From Desulfocapsa sulfexigens DSM 10523 (GTDB lineage: Bacteria > Desulfobacterota > Desulfobulbia > Desulfobulbales > Desulfocapsaceae), in the NCBI RefSeq assembly GCF_000341395.1, contig NC_020304.1, positions 900,001-932,000 on the forward strand: a DNA stretch of 32,000 nucleotides, in the 5' to 3' direction. Position numbers and translations under genes: made by a program. The notes beneath the pieces are model-generated. The model had not been told where the DNA came from, did not search any database, and saw only the letters and a program-made list of their open reading frames with translations. This document shows, in pieces, positions 17,058 through 26,670 of the stretch. Every line of letters begins with the position of its first letter. The stretch's first letter is position 1.

Positions 17058-17756
17058 ATGCAATTTGAGACCCCGCTCCAATCGGCCACACTTGTCAAAC
17101 GCTACAAACGCTTTCTGGCCGATGTAACCACTGCCGAAGGCAGGAAAATTATTGTCTACTGCCCGAACACCGGAACTATGCGAAGCTGTTCAACTCCTGG
17201 TAGTCAAGTAATGCTCTCCACTTCTCCCAACCTTAATCGTAAATACCCTCAGACTCTGGAGATGATACGGGAAAATGACACCTGGATAGGAGTAAACACC
17301 GGGCTCACCAATACAATTGTGGCCGAAGCTATCCATGAGGGCCGCATTAAAGAATTTCAGAATATCGACAGAATAACAAGAGAAATTGTCACCTCAAAAT
17401 CAAGTCGACTCGATCTGCTCCTTGAACAGAGAGACAAAAAAATTTATGTGGAGATAAAAAACTGCTCCCTTGTTGAAGAGGGCTGGGCGATGTTTCCAGA
17501 TGCTGTAACAACACGGGGAACTAAACATCTCGAAGAACTGGCAAGTCTGGTAAAACAGGGACACCAGGGAGTTATCTTTTTTTGCATTCAACGCAGTGAT
17601 GCGGATCGCTTCAGGCCAGCCGCTCATATTGATCCAGTCTACGCCAGCACTCTTGCTGAAGTGAGCAATAAAGGGGTACAGATAATCGCCTATCAAGCAG
17701 AAGTCCGGCCTGAGTCAATCTCTATACGAAAAGCAATCCCCTGCTTTCTCAAATAA
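17058..17756 (+). CDS. sfsA: Sugar fermentation stimulation protein SfsA (nuclease-fold DNA-binding protein)
   Basis: The N-terminus is MQFETPLQSATLVKRYKRFLADV, followed by ..CPNTG..; VE(I)K; G.KHL.EL. ATG 17058 is preferred over TTG 17052. Confidence 0.9.
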   Translation: MQFETPLQSATLVKRYKRFLADVTTAEGRKIIVYCPNTGTMRSCSTPGSQVMLSTSPNLNRKYPQTLEMIRENDTWIGVNTGLTNTIVAEAIHEGRIKEFQNIDRITREIVTSKSSRLDLLLEQRDKKIYVEIKNCSLVEEGWAMFPDAVTTRGTKHLEELASLVKQGHQGVIFFCIQRSDADRFRPAAHIDPVYASTLAEVSNKGVQIIAYQAEVRPESISIRKAIPCFLK

Positions 17757-17771
17757 CACCATATAACAGCC

Positions 17772-18470
17772 ATGATTCCTGACAACAAAAAAGCAGTGAT
17801 TCTTTTCAGTGGAGGCCTTGACTCCACCACCGTTCTCGCTATAGCCAAGGAAGCTGGCTACTCATGCTATTGCCTCAGTTTTCAATATGGCCAGAAACAG
17901 ACTGTTGAGCTGGAAAAAGCCCGGCGAATTGCCGATGCAAGCCAAGTTGCTAAACACCTTATCTTAAACCTCGATCTGGATAAAATCGGTGGTTCTGCTC
18001 TTACAGACTCCATAGACGTCCCTAAAGATAGAGACATGATACATAATGCGGAAGAAATTCCCATTACTTATGTCCCTGCACGGAATATCATCTTTCTGGC
18101 CCACGCTGTGGCCTGGGCAGAGGTACTTGGCGCAACGGAAATTTTTATTGGCATAAATGCAGTGGACTACTCAGGATATCCGGACTGTCGCCCGGAATTT
18201 TTGGAATCTTTCACACAAATGGCAAACCTGGGAACTCGAGCAGGGATTGAGAAAACGGGAAGATTCTCTATTCAGGCCCCCTTACTGAATATGAGTAAGG
18301 CGGAAATTATTAAAACGGGTATTGGGCTCGGGGTTGATTACGCCACAACCCATAGCTGTTATGATCCGGTTAGCGGAAAAGCCTGTGGCAGATGCGACGC
18401 CTGTGTGCTGCGCATGAAGGGCTTCAGCGAAGCCGGGATTGTAGATCCAACTGATTACATCAAGACCTGA
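17772..18470 (+). CDS. queC: 7-cyano-7-deazaguanine synthase QueC
   Basis: PP-loop is [10 protein letters not shown]. The C-terminal zinc cluster is SCY...CGRCDAC. Confidence 0.95.
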   Translation: MIPDNKKAVILFSGGLDSTTVLAIAKEAGYSCYCLSFQYGQKQTVELEKARRIADASQVAKHLILNLDLDKIGGSALTDSIDVPKDRDMIHNAEEIPITYVPARNIIFLAHAVAWAEVLGATEIFIGINAVDYSGYPDCRPEFLESFTQMANLGTRAGIEKTGRFSIQAPLLNMSKAEIIKTGIGLGVDYATTHSCYDPVSGKACGRCDACVLRMKGFSEAGIVDPTDYIKT

Positions 18471-18530
18471 GCCACACTCAGCTGAGTATCTCCTGAAAAA
18501 TATACGTGTCTTCAGGAAGTTGATGCGATT

Positions 18531-19817
18531 TCACGTCAGTTCATTGTGCGTGATCCGGCCTCCCATAACTGTCAGCACTGCTTTCCCCTGCAGTTCCCAA
18601 TCAAGAAAAGGAGAATTCTTCCCCTTGGAAAGAATCGAATCTTCCGTAAAGACATATCTTTTTTCCGGATCAATGACCGTTATATCTGCAACATTTCCCT
18701 GAGCAATCGTTCCACCTTCGACCTGTAAAATTCGTGCCGGGGCTGAAGACATCAGCTCTACCATACGCAGTGCACCAATCACCCCATCCCTGACAAGAGC
18801 CAAGGATAAGGACAATGATGTCTCAAGACCAATAACCCCGTTTGCCGCCCGATCAAACTCGAGTTCTTTTTCCAACACGGAATGGGGGGCATGATCTGTG
18901 GCTATGGCATCGAAGGTACCGTCCTGCAGACCTTTCCTGATTGCCTGCCTGTCTTTTTCTGTCCTCAGGGGAGGATTCATTTTGGCATTGGTATTGTAAT
19001 CGCCAACCGCCTCATCGGTAAGGGTGAAATAATGGGGTGCTGTTTCGGCAGTCACCCGCACGCCTCTTGCCTTCGCTTGAGCGATAAGTTCGGCAGCCGC
19101 CCCGGTACTGACGTGGGCAATATGGATTCGCTGCCCGGTAAGTTCTGCCAGGGCTATCTCCCGATATACCATAATCGCTTCAGCAGCAGCAGGAATTCCG
19201 CGCAACCCGAGACGGGTGGAGACCACCCCTTCATTCATCGAACCATTTCGACTCAATGCCATCTCTTCAGAATGAGAAATCACCAGAAGGTCATGACTTC
19301 CGGCATATTGCATCGCTCGACGCATCAACTGACTATCAAGAACAGGAAGCCCATCGTCACTTACTGCAACAGCGCCTGCTTGCCTCAATTCACCATATTC
19401 TGCAAGCCCCGCCCCCTTGCTTCCCTTGCTGATAGCGCCAACAGGATACACTCTTGCCGAGCCTTCTCTGGTGGCAGCCTTGGTAATAAACTGAGTAACA
19501 GAGGCGCAATCATTTACGGGAGTAGTGTTTGGCATACATGCAACAGCAGTAAAACCTCCTGCCGCAGCAGCCCTGGTACCAGATTTTATAGTTTCCTTAT
19601 ACTCCTCACCCGGCTCCCGGAGATGGACATGCATATCAATAAGCCCAGGAACAATCCACTTCCCATGCACATCATAAACTTCACTGTTTTCAGGGATTTC
19701 TTTCTGTGCAGGAACGATAACACCATCTTCTACCCATAGATCTCCCTTTGCGTCCACACCGGTAACTGGATCGAGAAGACGTCCGTTTTGAAGGATTAAC
19801 CTGTTCACTGTTGTCAT
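18531..19817 (-). CDS. pyrC: Dihydroorotase (428-aa class)
   Basis: Metal-binding motifs are DMHVHLREPG and ATDHAPH. It lies directly downstream of pyrB. Confidence 0.95.
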   Translation of the reverse strand: MTTVNRLILQNGRLLDPVTGVDAKGDLWVEDGVIVPAQKEIPENSEVYDVHGKWIVPGLIDMHVHLREPGEEYKETIKSGTRAAAAGGFTAVACMPNTTPVNDCASVTQFITKAATREGSARVYPVGAISKGSKGAGLAEYGELRQAGAVAVSDDGLPVLDSQLMRRAMQYAGSHDLLVISHSEEMALSRNGSMNEGVVSTRLGLRGIPAAAEAIMVYREIALAELTGQRIHIAHVSTGAAAELIAQAKARGVRVTAETAPHYFTLTDEAVGDYNTNAKMNPPLRTEKDRQAIRKGLQDGTFDAIATDHAPHSVLEKELEFDRAANGVIGLETSLSLSLALVRDGVIGALRMVELMSSAPARILQVEGGTIAQGNVADITVIDPEKRYVFTEDSILSKGKNSPFLDWELQGKAVLTVMGGRITHNELT

Positions 19818-19819
19818 GA

Positions 19820-20788
19820 TTATCCTCTCCCTCCTTCCCGTCCCATCACCAGATATAATAACGCCATCCGTACGGCCACACCGTTAGTCACCTGTTCCAG
19901 GATCACAGACCCCTTTCCGTCAGCGACGTCCGGATTCATCTCCACACCACGATTAATAGGGCCGGGGTGCATAACCAGCACATCGGGGCGAGCATGTTTT
20001 TGAAGCAGATTATGGTTAATGCCATAAAACTGGGAATACTCACGAAGCGAAGGAATCAAGGGATCATCCTGACGTTCCCGCTGAATACGAAGAGCCATTA
20101 CAACATCGGCATCTGTCACTGCCTCGACAATGGAGCCACAAACTCTTGCGCCAAGTGCATCAAGTCCAGGAACCATAAACGTCTCAGGGCCTGCAACTCT
20201 TACTTCTGCACCAAGCTTTGTAAAACCGAGAATATCAGAATGAGCGACTCTGCTGTGGGCTATGTCCCCGACAATGGCAATTTTCAGTCCTTCTACGGTT
20301 CCCCTGTGTTCACGAACTGTCATCATATCAAGAAGTGCCTGACTGGGGTGTTCATGAGTTCCGTCTCCAGCATTAATAATTGAAGCCTCTACATGACGGG
20401 CAAGAAGACCAGGTGCACCGGAGCTACCATGCCTGACGATTATAGTATCAGGATTCATGGCCTGGAGATTACGGGCCGTATCAATCAGCGTTTCACCTTT
20501 AGTGGCAGAACTGGTGGATGCAGCAATATTAAAGGTATCTGCACTCATACGTTTCGCCGCTATCTCAAAGGAGAGTCGTGTCCTGGTGGAAGGTTCAAAG
20601 AAAAAATTAATAATAGTCTTTCCCTTCAGGGTGGGAACTTTTTTGATGGAACGGCTGGATATCTCTTTAAAGGAAATCGCTGTATCCAGAATATGAAAGA
20701 TATCGGCAACAGATAGCTGTTCTATTCCAAGGATATGTTTATGCTTGAACTGATAGGCGTCTTTCACGTTTTTTGTACTCACCCTCAA
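19820..20788 (-). CDS. pyrB: Aspartate carbamoyltransferase catalytic subunit
   Basis: [15 protein letters not shown] and HPGP motifs. The start codon is uncertain: either TTG at 20788 overlapping the lepB stop, or GTG at 20782. Confidence 0.93.
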   Translation of the reverse strand: MRVSTKNVKDAYQFKHKHILGIEQLSVADIFHILDTAISFKEISSRSIKKVPTLKGKTIINFFFEPSTRTRLSFEIAAKRMSADTFNIAASTSSATKGETLIDTARNLQAMNPDTIIVRHGSSGAPGLLARHVEASIINAGDGTHEHPSQALLDMMTVREHRGTVEGLKIAIVGDIAHSRVAHSDILGFTKLGAEVRVAGPETFMVPGLDALGARVCGSIVEAVTDADVVMALRIQRERQDDPLIPSLREYSQFYGINHNLLQKHARPDVLVMHPGPINRGVEMNPDVADGKGSVILEQVTNGVAVRMALLYLVMGREGGRG

Positions 20789-21432
20789 TAGACAATGTTA
20801 CCAATCCGCCCCCAGCGAATGGAAGTAAAACGATCAACTGACATAAGCGGCTCATCAAGATCCCAGGACCAGTATAAAATAAAAGCCTTTCCAAGGACAT
20901 CCTTTAACGGAACAAAGCCCCAGAACCTACTGTCATAGCTGTTATCACGATTATCCCCCATAACAAACAGGGTACCTTCGGGAACTTTTACCGGCCCCAT
21001 ATTATCTCGAGGCCCTGTACCTGCGGCCATAACAGTGCTTTCGGTGAAATGGGCGTGGGGATTAGTAATAGGTTCTCCATTCAAAAAGAGTTGTTTGTCT
21101 TTCACTTCAACAATATCACCGGCAATGCCGACAACCCTTTTTATATAATCAATAGAGCGATCTTTTGGAAAGCGAAAGACCACGACATCGTCACGTTCAG
21201 GACTTTTCCAGGGAATAAGCACGTTTCCCGTCATGGGGATCTTAACCCCATAGATAAATTTATTTACCAATAAATGGTCACCAATCTGAAGAGTTGGCAA
21301 CATGGAACCGGAAGGAATCTTAAAAGCCTGGACAATAAAGCTCCGAATAAAGAGAGCAAGTATAATAGCTATGATAATCGCTTCAACGTACTCGCGAACA
21401 ACTGATTTTTGGGGCTTTTGACTACTCAGCAC
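20785..21432 (-). CDS. lepB: Signal peptidase I
   Basis: SGSMLPTL (catalytic Ser), YIKRVVG (catalytic Lys) and [14 protein letters not shown] motifs. GTG 21432 is preferred because a GGGAG RBS sits 6 nt upstream. The track start at 21477 is also GTG but has no RBS. Confidence 0.9.
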   Translation of the reverse strand: MLSSQKPQKSVVREYVEAIIIAIILALFIRSFIVQAFKIPSGSMLPTLQIGDHLLVNKFIYGVKIPMTGNVLIPWKSPERDDVVVFRFPKDRSIDYIKRVVGIAGDIVEVKDKQLFLNGEPITNPHAHFTESTVMAAGTGPRDNMGPVKVPEGTLFVMGDNRDNSYDSRFWGFVPLKDVLGKAFILYWSWDLDEPLMSVDRFTSIRWGRIGNIVY

Positions 21433-21714
21433 TGGAAACTCCCATAAAGAGACATTAAAATAACCTGACAACCACACAATGAAACAAAACTACTCGAAAG
21501 TAAGACCAATTTCAAGACACCCTACAAAGAGTTGTCACATATAAAATAAAATCAATACCTTCAGCCAGCGCACCTCAGGAGACTACACCACATAGTGAGC
21601 CACGCCTAGGCAGAATACCTATATATAGTACAAAATGACACAATCAATGGTCTTCCCATTATTTAACTACCTGTTTTAGCAACAAGAAAATATCGGCTTT
21701 TATATCACCACTCC

Positions 21715-21749
21715 TTGACAAACACTTTTTTTTGTGTCCTTAATATAAT
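21715..21749 (+). promoter_or_regulatory. Possible promoter of the pil operon
   Basis: TTGACA at 21715-21720 in an AT-rich 353-bp intergenic region. The -10 candidates are CTTAAT (spacer 18) and TATAAT (spacer 23, too long), so the call is weak. Confidence 0.2.
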
Positions 21750-21830
21750 TTAGTCGTCAATGCCTGTGATCACATAAGACAACATGATTGCAGATATTAT
21801 TATATTTCTCATGCCAATAAATAGATACTC

Positions 21831-22889
21831 ATGAATCTGCCTTTCTTTTCCAGTGAAGACCTTGTTGTCGGTATTGATATCGGCTCCCATGCAATAAAGG
21901 TCTGCCAGCTTAAACGAACCGACAAGGCTTACGCCGTGGTTAATCTGGGTAGCGCAACACTCCCGGAAGGGGCAGTCGATGATGGTACCCTGAACGATTC
22001 TGAAATTGTCGGTAAAACAATAGCCGAACTATTTAAAAGTTTAAAAATAAAGAAGAAAAAAATTGGTTTCTCCATCTCAGGCTATTCAGTTATAGTAAAA
22101 AAGGTTAACCTTGCGGTTATGTCAGAAGAACAACTGGAAGAGCATATTCAGTCTGAAGCAGAACAATATATTCCCTTTGATATTGATGACGTTTACCTTG
22201 ATTTCCAGGATCTTAAAACCAACAGGGAAGATAGTGACAGGACCGATGTCATGCTGGTGGCTGCTAAAAAAGAAATTGTTGATGACTACCTGGAAATGTT
22301 CGAGGATCTGGACCTCAGACCTGTGATCGTTGACGTCGATGGTTTCGCACTGGAAAACACATACGAATACAACTACCCGAAGGATGAAAATGTTGCACTG
22401 GTAGACATTGGCGCGTCCAAGATGAACATCAACATTATCTCCAATGGTATTTCCGTTGTTGCCCGAGACATCGTTGTTGGCAGCCACCAATTGACAGAAC
22501 AGATCCAGGCAGCTTTTGATCTTGAGTTCGAGGAGGCTGAAGCCCTGAAACTTGGCCACATCCCGGCAGAAGAAAAACAGGAAGAGATTGCAGATATCTT
22601 TTCAACGACTTGTACCCAATGGGTGCTTGAAATTAAGAAAGCAATTGATCTTTACCATGCAAACCATTCGGACTCACCTCTAACACGTCTGGTTCTGAGT
22701 GGCGGTGGCTCAAAAGTTTCGGGTCTTATTGATTTTCTTTCCAATGAGACTGGTATATCAGTGGAACTGTTTAACCCTTTTGGTAATATGACCGTCAATG
22801 AGAATAAAATTGATCCGGATTATCTGAAAAACATTGGCCCGGAAATGGCAATTGCAACAGGGATTGCCATCCGTCCATCAGTTATATAG
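21831..22889 (+). CDS. pilM: Type IV pilus assembly protein PilM (actin-like ATPase fold)
   Basis: VGIDIGSHAIKV phosphate-1 motif, VDIGASKMNI and LSGGGS. The length of 352 aa is typical. Confidence 0.9.
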   Translation: MNLPFFSSEDLVVGIDIGSHAIKVCQLKRTDKAYAVVNLGSATLPEGAVDDGTLNDSEIVGKTIAELFKSLKIKKKKIGFSISGYSVIVKKVNLAVMSEEQLEEHIQSEAEQYIPFDIDDVYLDFQDLKTNREDSDRTDVMLVAAKKEIVDDYLEMFEDLDLRPVIVDVDGFALENTYEYNYPKDENVALVDIGASKMNINIISNGISVVARDIVVGSHQLTEQIQAAFDLEFEEAEALKLGHIPAEEKQEEIADIFSTTCTQWVLEIKKAIDLYHANHSDSPLTRLVLSGGGSKVSGLIDFLSNETGISVELFNPFGNMTVNENKIDPDYLKNIGPEMAIATGIAIRPSVI

Positions 22890-22898
22890 GCTGAAATT

Positions 22899-23471
22899 AT
22901 GCTAAGAATTAACCTCCTTCCCATACGTCAGCTGAAAAAACGCGCCAAGGCGCGTAATCAGATAATAAGTTTCCTCACCCTGCTTATTTTTCTCTTTCTT
23001 ATTTTAGGGACTGTCAGTTTTTTACAAAGCACTCAAATAAAAAACATTGAATCATCGATTGCAGAACTGAAGAGAGAGAAGCAACAGTATGCTCCTATTC
23101 TTGCAGAGATGAAAAAACTTGAGCAGACTAAAAAAGATCTTGAAAACAAAATAGGCATTATTAAAAAGCTCAGAAGAGACTCAGCCATAACGGTCCATAT
23201 CCTGGATGAAGTGGCAAAAAAAGTCGATTCCAAACGAATGTGGCTCAAATCGTTAAAGCAGCAGGGAGCTAATCTGTCCTTAACGGGAGTGGCACTGGAC
23301 AACCAAACTATTGCCCAATTCATGGATGCCCTGAAAGACTCTCCATACATCAGTGAGGTAAATCTTTCAAACGCATCTCTGGCAAAAGTTTCTGGTCGGG
23401 ATTTAAAAAGCTTTTCACTGGCTTGTGACATCGTCAGTCCGCCAGAAGAAAGTCAGAAAAAAGCTAACTAG
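22899..23471 (+). CDS. pilN: Type IV pilus assembly protein PilN
   Basis: The N-terminus MLRINLLP is conserved in PilN. It has a single TM, a coiled coil and a ferredoxin-like C-terminus. Confidence 0.85.
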   Translation: MLRINLLPIRQLKKRAKARNQIISFLTLLIFLFLILGTVSFLQSTQIKNIESSIAELKREKQQYAPILAEMKKLEQTKKDLENKIGIIKKLRRDSAITVHILDEVAKKVDSKRMWLKSLKQQGANLSLTGVALDNQTIAQFMDALKDSPYISEVNLSNASLAKVSGRDLKSFSLACDIVSPPEESQKKAN

Positions 23472-23495
23472 AACTCAGAATAAACACTGCGGTAT

Positions 23496-24134
23496 ATGAA
23501 AAAGACTAACGCATTCGCGACCTTTATAGACGAGAAATACATCCCGCTTGACAAAAAGCTGAAAATTGCTTTGGCGGTTATTCTCTTTTTACTTCCAGTG
23601 GTTCTCTTTTATTTTTTGTGGCTTCAACCACACTACAAAAACCATGCCCGTCTGACACAGCAGAAGGCTGCAATGACTCAAGAACTCCAGAAAGCGAAGG
23701 CAAAAGCTGCAAACAAGGGCAAATTGCAAGCTGAACTCGATGCCACCGAGGAACTTTTTGCAGAAACTGCAACACTGCTTCCAAAAGAAAAGGAAATCCC
23801 AAGTCTTTTGACAAATATTTCAGCTTTGGGCCGCGGATCTGGACTGGACTTTCTCACCTTCAAACCAAATGCTGATATCCCCAGAGATTTCTATTCTGAG
23901 ATTCCAGTTGACATCAAGGTTCGTGGTCCTTACCACAATATGGGAATTTTCCTGAATCAGGTGAGCAAGCTGGATCGAATAGTGACAGTGGCAAACATTA
24001 ACATGGGGGGTCCTAAAAAAGAGGGCTCAGAAATGCTTCTCAATTCAAGTTGCCGCCTGGTTACTTACCAATTTACCAATGTACAGATCAGCAAACAAGA
24101 AGACCCGAAGAAAAAGCGCAAAAAACGCAGATAA
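23496..24134 (+). CDS. pilO: Type IV pilus assembly protein PilO
   Basis: Single TM, coiled coil, LLP.E.EIPSLL and the I.V.G.YH....F motif. It has a poly-Lys/Arg tail. Confidence 0.85.
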   Translation: MKKTNAFATFIDEKYIPLDKKLKIALAVILFLLPVVLFYFLWLQPHYKNHARLTQQKAAMTQELQKAKAKAANKGKLQAELDATEELFAETATLLPKEKEIPSLLTNISALGRGSGLDFLTFKPNADIPRDFYSEIPVDIKVRGPYHNMGIFLNQVSKLDRIVTVANINMGGPKKEGSEMLLNSSCRLVTYQFTNVQISKQEDPKKKRKKRR

Positions 24135-24148
24135 CAGACTGTCAGCCT

Positions 24149-24682
24149 ATGAAAACATCATTCTTAAACACAAGGCCACATTTAGCCAAATCATTAACAT
24201 TTTTATTATTGGGAACAATGCCCATCAGTTCAACGGCACTTGCACTTCCTGTTTCTTCACCCCAGGAAAATCCAACCCAACTGACCTTAGCCTCACCCGG
24301 ACAATCGCCGGAAGCATTTTTTGAATACCGCATTGAAAATAGACCCGATCCTTTCCAGCCTTTTATCTCAGAAAAAGCCACATCAGCAAATATTAATGAA
24401 ATTCTACCGGTTGACGAACAATTATCAGGTATGCAATTGTTTGAGCCAGGACAGTTAAATCTTGTCGCAATAGTCATGACAGGGGATAACGATTTTGCGA
24501 TGGCTGAAGATACAACAGGAAAGGGATATATTCTCCGTACAGGAATGAAAATTGGAAAGCGCGGAATCGTCACCGCCATTCAAACCAACGAAGTCAAGAT
24601 TGAAGAAACTGCTTTTACCAGAGCTGGCAAAAAACTAACAAGCAAAATTGTGATGCTCCTCAAGAAAGAGGGAGAAGAATAA
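24149..24682 (+). CDS. pilP: PilP-like periplasmic protein
   Basis: Signal peptide (..SSTALA/LP), the RPDPFQPF motif, and a C-terminal beta-domain (L.LVAIV..G....A...D..GKGYILR.G.KIGK.G.V..I). It has no lipobox. ATG 24149 is preferred over the track start at 24050, which overlaps pilO. Confidence 0.75.
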   Translation: MKTSFLNTRPHLAKSLTFLLLGTMPISSTALALPVSSPQENPTQLTLASPGQSPEAFFEYRIENRPDPFQPFISEKATSANINEILPVDEQLSGMQLFEPGQLNLVAIVMTGDNDFAMAEDTTGKGYILRTGMKIGKRGIVTAIQTNEVKIEETAFTRAGKKLTSKIVMLLKKEGEE

Positions 24683-24685
24683 ACA

Positions 24686-26611
24686 ATGCATACAAAACTT
24701 TCCACGTACTATTTGGCCATTTGCTGTTCACTTTTCCTTCTCCTGACACATTCCGTTCAGGCAGCAGAAACGGGTGTTTACTCAATTCAGAACATTGAAG
24801 CAGATGTACAGGACAACAGCCTGCTCATGGTGCTGAAAGGTGACAGTCCTCCTGCATACACCATGTATGAACTTTTTTCTCCTGCCCGGCTGGTTGTAGA
24901 TATTGCCGATGCTAATTTGAATGAATCTATAGACCTGGCTGAAATTATCCCGGCAAATGATTTCACCACCATAACAATCACTACCCTCAAGGATAAAAGT
25001 CCATCTATTACCCGCTTTGAAATGACCCTTGCGGACAGTCACACCTATAAAGTTGAGCGGGTAGAAAATGACCTTACAATTCGTCTTTTTCCACAGGATA
25101 CAACTGGTACAACAGAACTCAAAGCTGACAAAAATATTGATGCAACTGCCCCCCCCGCACTTCACGACATTGTTGTACGAAAAGATGACAACCAGACCGA
25201 GATCCTCTTTCAGGCAGACCAGGCAATTGAGGATTATAGAGAAGATACCGTAACAGGGCGTGACGGCCTTCCTGATTCCATGTATATCGATATCAACAAT
25301 GTAAATGGTTCCGAATTAATACGTGAAAAAAACATAGGAACAAGCCTTTCTAAAATTCGTGTTGCAACCAGGGGTTCCGGAGTTCGAGTGGTATTTGATG
25401 CAGCCCCTGAAGGACTATTTTCCTATGACATCAAAACAGTTCCACAGGGTTTACTGGTAACCATTAACGAAAAAGGACAACAACAGAATGCTCCAGAGTC
25501 AGTTCCGGCTCCCGAAGAACTCAAAGATAACTCAATAAGTGCTGAAGCGATTACTTCAGATCCAACCCTTGATGCGCTTATAGATTCCTCGGAAGCCGCC
25601 TTGACGCAGAAATCACTAATATCTGAAGAAAATGTGACGGCCGCCGAGGCTATGCAGGATTCATTTGAATTCTCAGGCTACAAGGCAACTCGTATCAGTG
25701 TTGATTTTTACAAAATAGACCTCCATAATGTCTTCAGACTTTTTCGTCAGATCAGTGGTATCAACCTTATCGTCGATGAATCCGTAAACGGTTCTTTAAC
25801 CCTTGCCCTCAATGATGTCCCATGGGATTTTGCTCTCGACATTATATTGAACTTAAAAGATCTAAAAAAAGAAGAACGGCATAATACTGTTGTTATTTAT
25901 CCAGCAAAAAAAGAGTTCGCATGGCCAGAACGTGCGTCTGACAACCTCTCCTTTGAGGCGGACGCTGAAGTCATAGAACAGGAAGCTCTGATCATCCAGC
26001 AGTCAACTAACCAACCCGCAGAAATTATGCAGGCAAAGGAATTACTTCGCAGGGCAAAAATTGAGGAACAAAATAACGACCTCGAAGACGCAGTCAGGTT
26101 ATATGAGCAAGCATTTGCCCTATGGCCCGAAAATGCGAAAATTTCTAACCGACTTGCCGCTCTATACCTTGTTGATCTCAAAATATATGCCAAAGCTATT
26201 CATTTTGCCAAGGAAACACTCAAGATCAATAAAAACGATTATCAGGCAGCGTTGTATGGTGCTATTGCCTCAGCCAACATGGATCAGGTTTCAGAAGCAA
26301 TGGAATATTTCGCACAAAGCATAAGCGGCACCCCACCAATGAAGGAAGCACTTATCAGTTACGCTGCTTTCAGTGAAAAGAAAGAACAACCTGAAGCGGC
26401 ACTGAAACTTCTTAACAAGTACGCAGAAAATTACAGCGATACAGTTGAAACCATGATTTCAAGGGCCAGACTCTATGACACCATGGGACAAACACAAAAA
26501 GCAACAGAGCAGTACAAGTCGTTGTTGTATTCTGGTTATCAGCTGGTTCCAGGGTTGAAGAAATATATCCGCGGCCGATTAGCCATGAAAGACAATCAGA
26601 TTGTTCAATAA
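24686..26611 (+). CDS. Secreted AMIN-AMIN-(secretin N0-like)-TPR protein; carries no secretin barrel
   Basis: The signal peptide is ..THSVQA/AETG. Two AMIN-like repeats cover about aa 30-135 and 157-265 (..PARLVVDIADANL.. and ..SMYIDINNVNG..). The N0-like block FSGYKATRISVDFYKIDLHNVFRLFRQISGINLIVDESVNGSLTLALNDVPWDFALDIILN covers about nt 25664-25912. TPR-like helices cover about nt 26020-26560 (..AVRLYEQAFALWPENAKISNRLAALYL..). Confidence 0.8.
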   Translation: MHTKLSTYYLAICCSLFLLLTHSVQAAETGVYSIQNIEADVQDNSLLMVLKGDSPPAYTMYELFSPARLVVDIADANLNESIDLAEIIPANDFTTITITTLKDKSPSITRFEMTLADSHTYKVERVENDLTIRLFPQDTTGTTELKADKNIDATAPPALHDIVVRKDDNQTEILFQADQAIEDYREDTVTGRDGLPDSMYIDINNVNGSELIREKNIGTSLSKIRVATRGSGVRVVFDAAPEGLFSYDIKTVPQGLLVTINEKGQQQNAPESVPAPEELKDNSISAEAITSDPTLDALIDSSEAALTQKSLISEENVTAAEAMQDSFEFSGYKATRISVDFYKIDLHNVFRLFRQISGINLIVDESVNGSLTLALNDVPWDFALDIILNLKDLKKEERHNTVVIYPAKKEFAWPERASDNLSFEADAEVIEQEALIIQQSTNQPAEIMQAKELLRRAKIEEQNNDLEDAVRLYEQAFALWPENAKISNRLAALYLVDLKIYAKAIHFAKETLKINKNDYQAALYGAIASANMDQVSEAMEYFAQSISGTPPMKEALISYAAFSEKKEQPEAALKLLNKYAENYSDTVETMISRARLYDTMGQTQKATEQYKSLLYSGYQLVPGLKKYIRGRLAMKDNQIVQ

Positions 26612-26670
26612 TTCAGAATTCTATAGAAATGAGACCAAAACTTTCTTTTTCAATGCCCAAGGGGTTTTCC

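Noticed and set aside
18477-18516. ACTCAGCTGAGT palindrome and CCTGAA...TTCAGG hairpin between the convergent queC and pyrC genes, as a terminator
   Set aside because: The stems are short, the loops are absent or long, and there is no adjacent T-tract. Support is not strong enough to annotate.
18882-19739. 285-aa plus-strand ORF
   Set aside because: It is antisense to pyrC, which carries unambiguous dihydroorotase metal-binding motifs.
21765-21774. TGTGATCACA perfect palindrome upstream of pilM as a CRP/FNR site
   Set aside because: The half-sites abut with no spacer, whereas CRP/FNR sites need N6 between TGTGA and TCACA. A 10-bp palindrome in AT-rich DNA may occur by chance.
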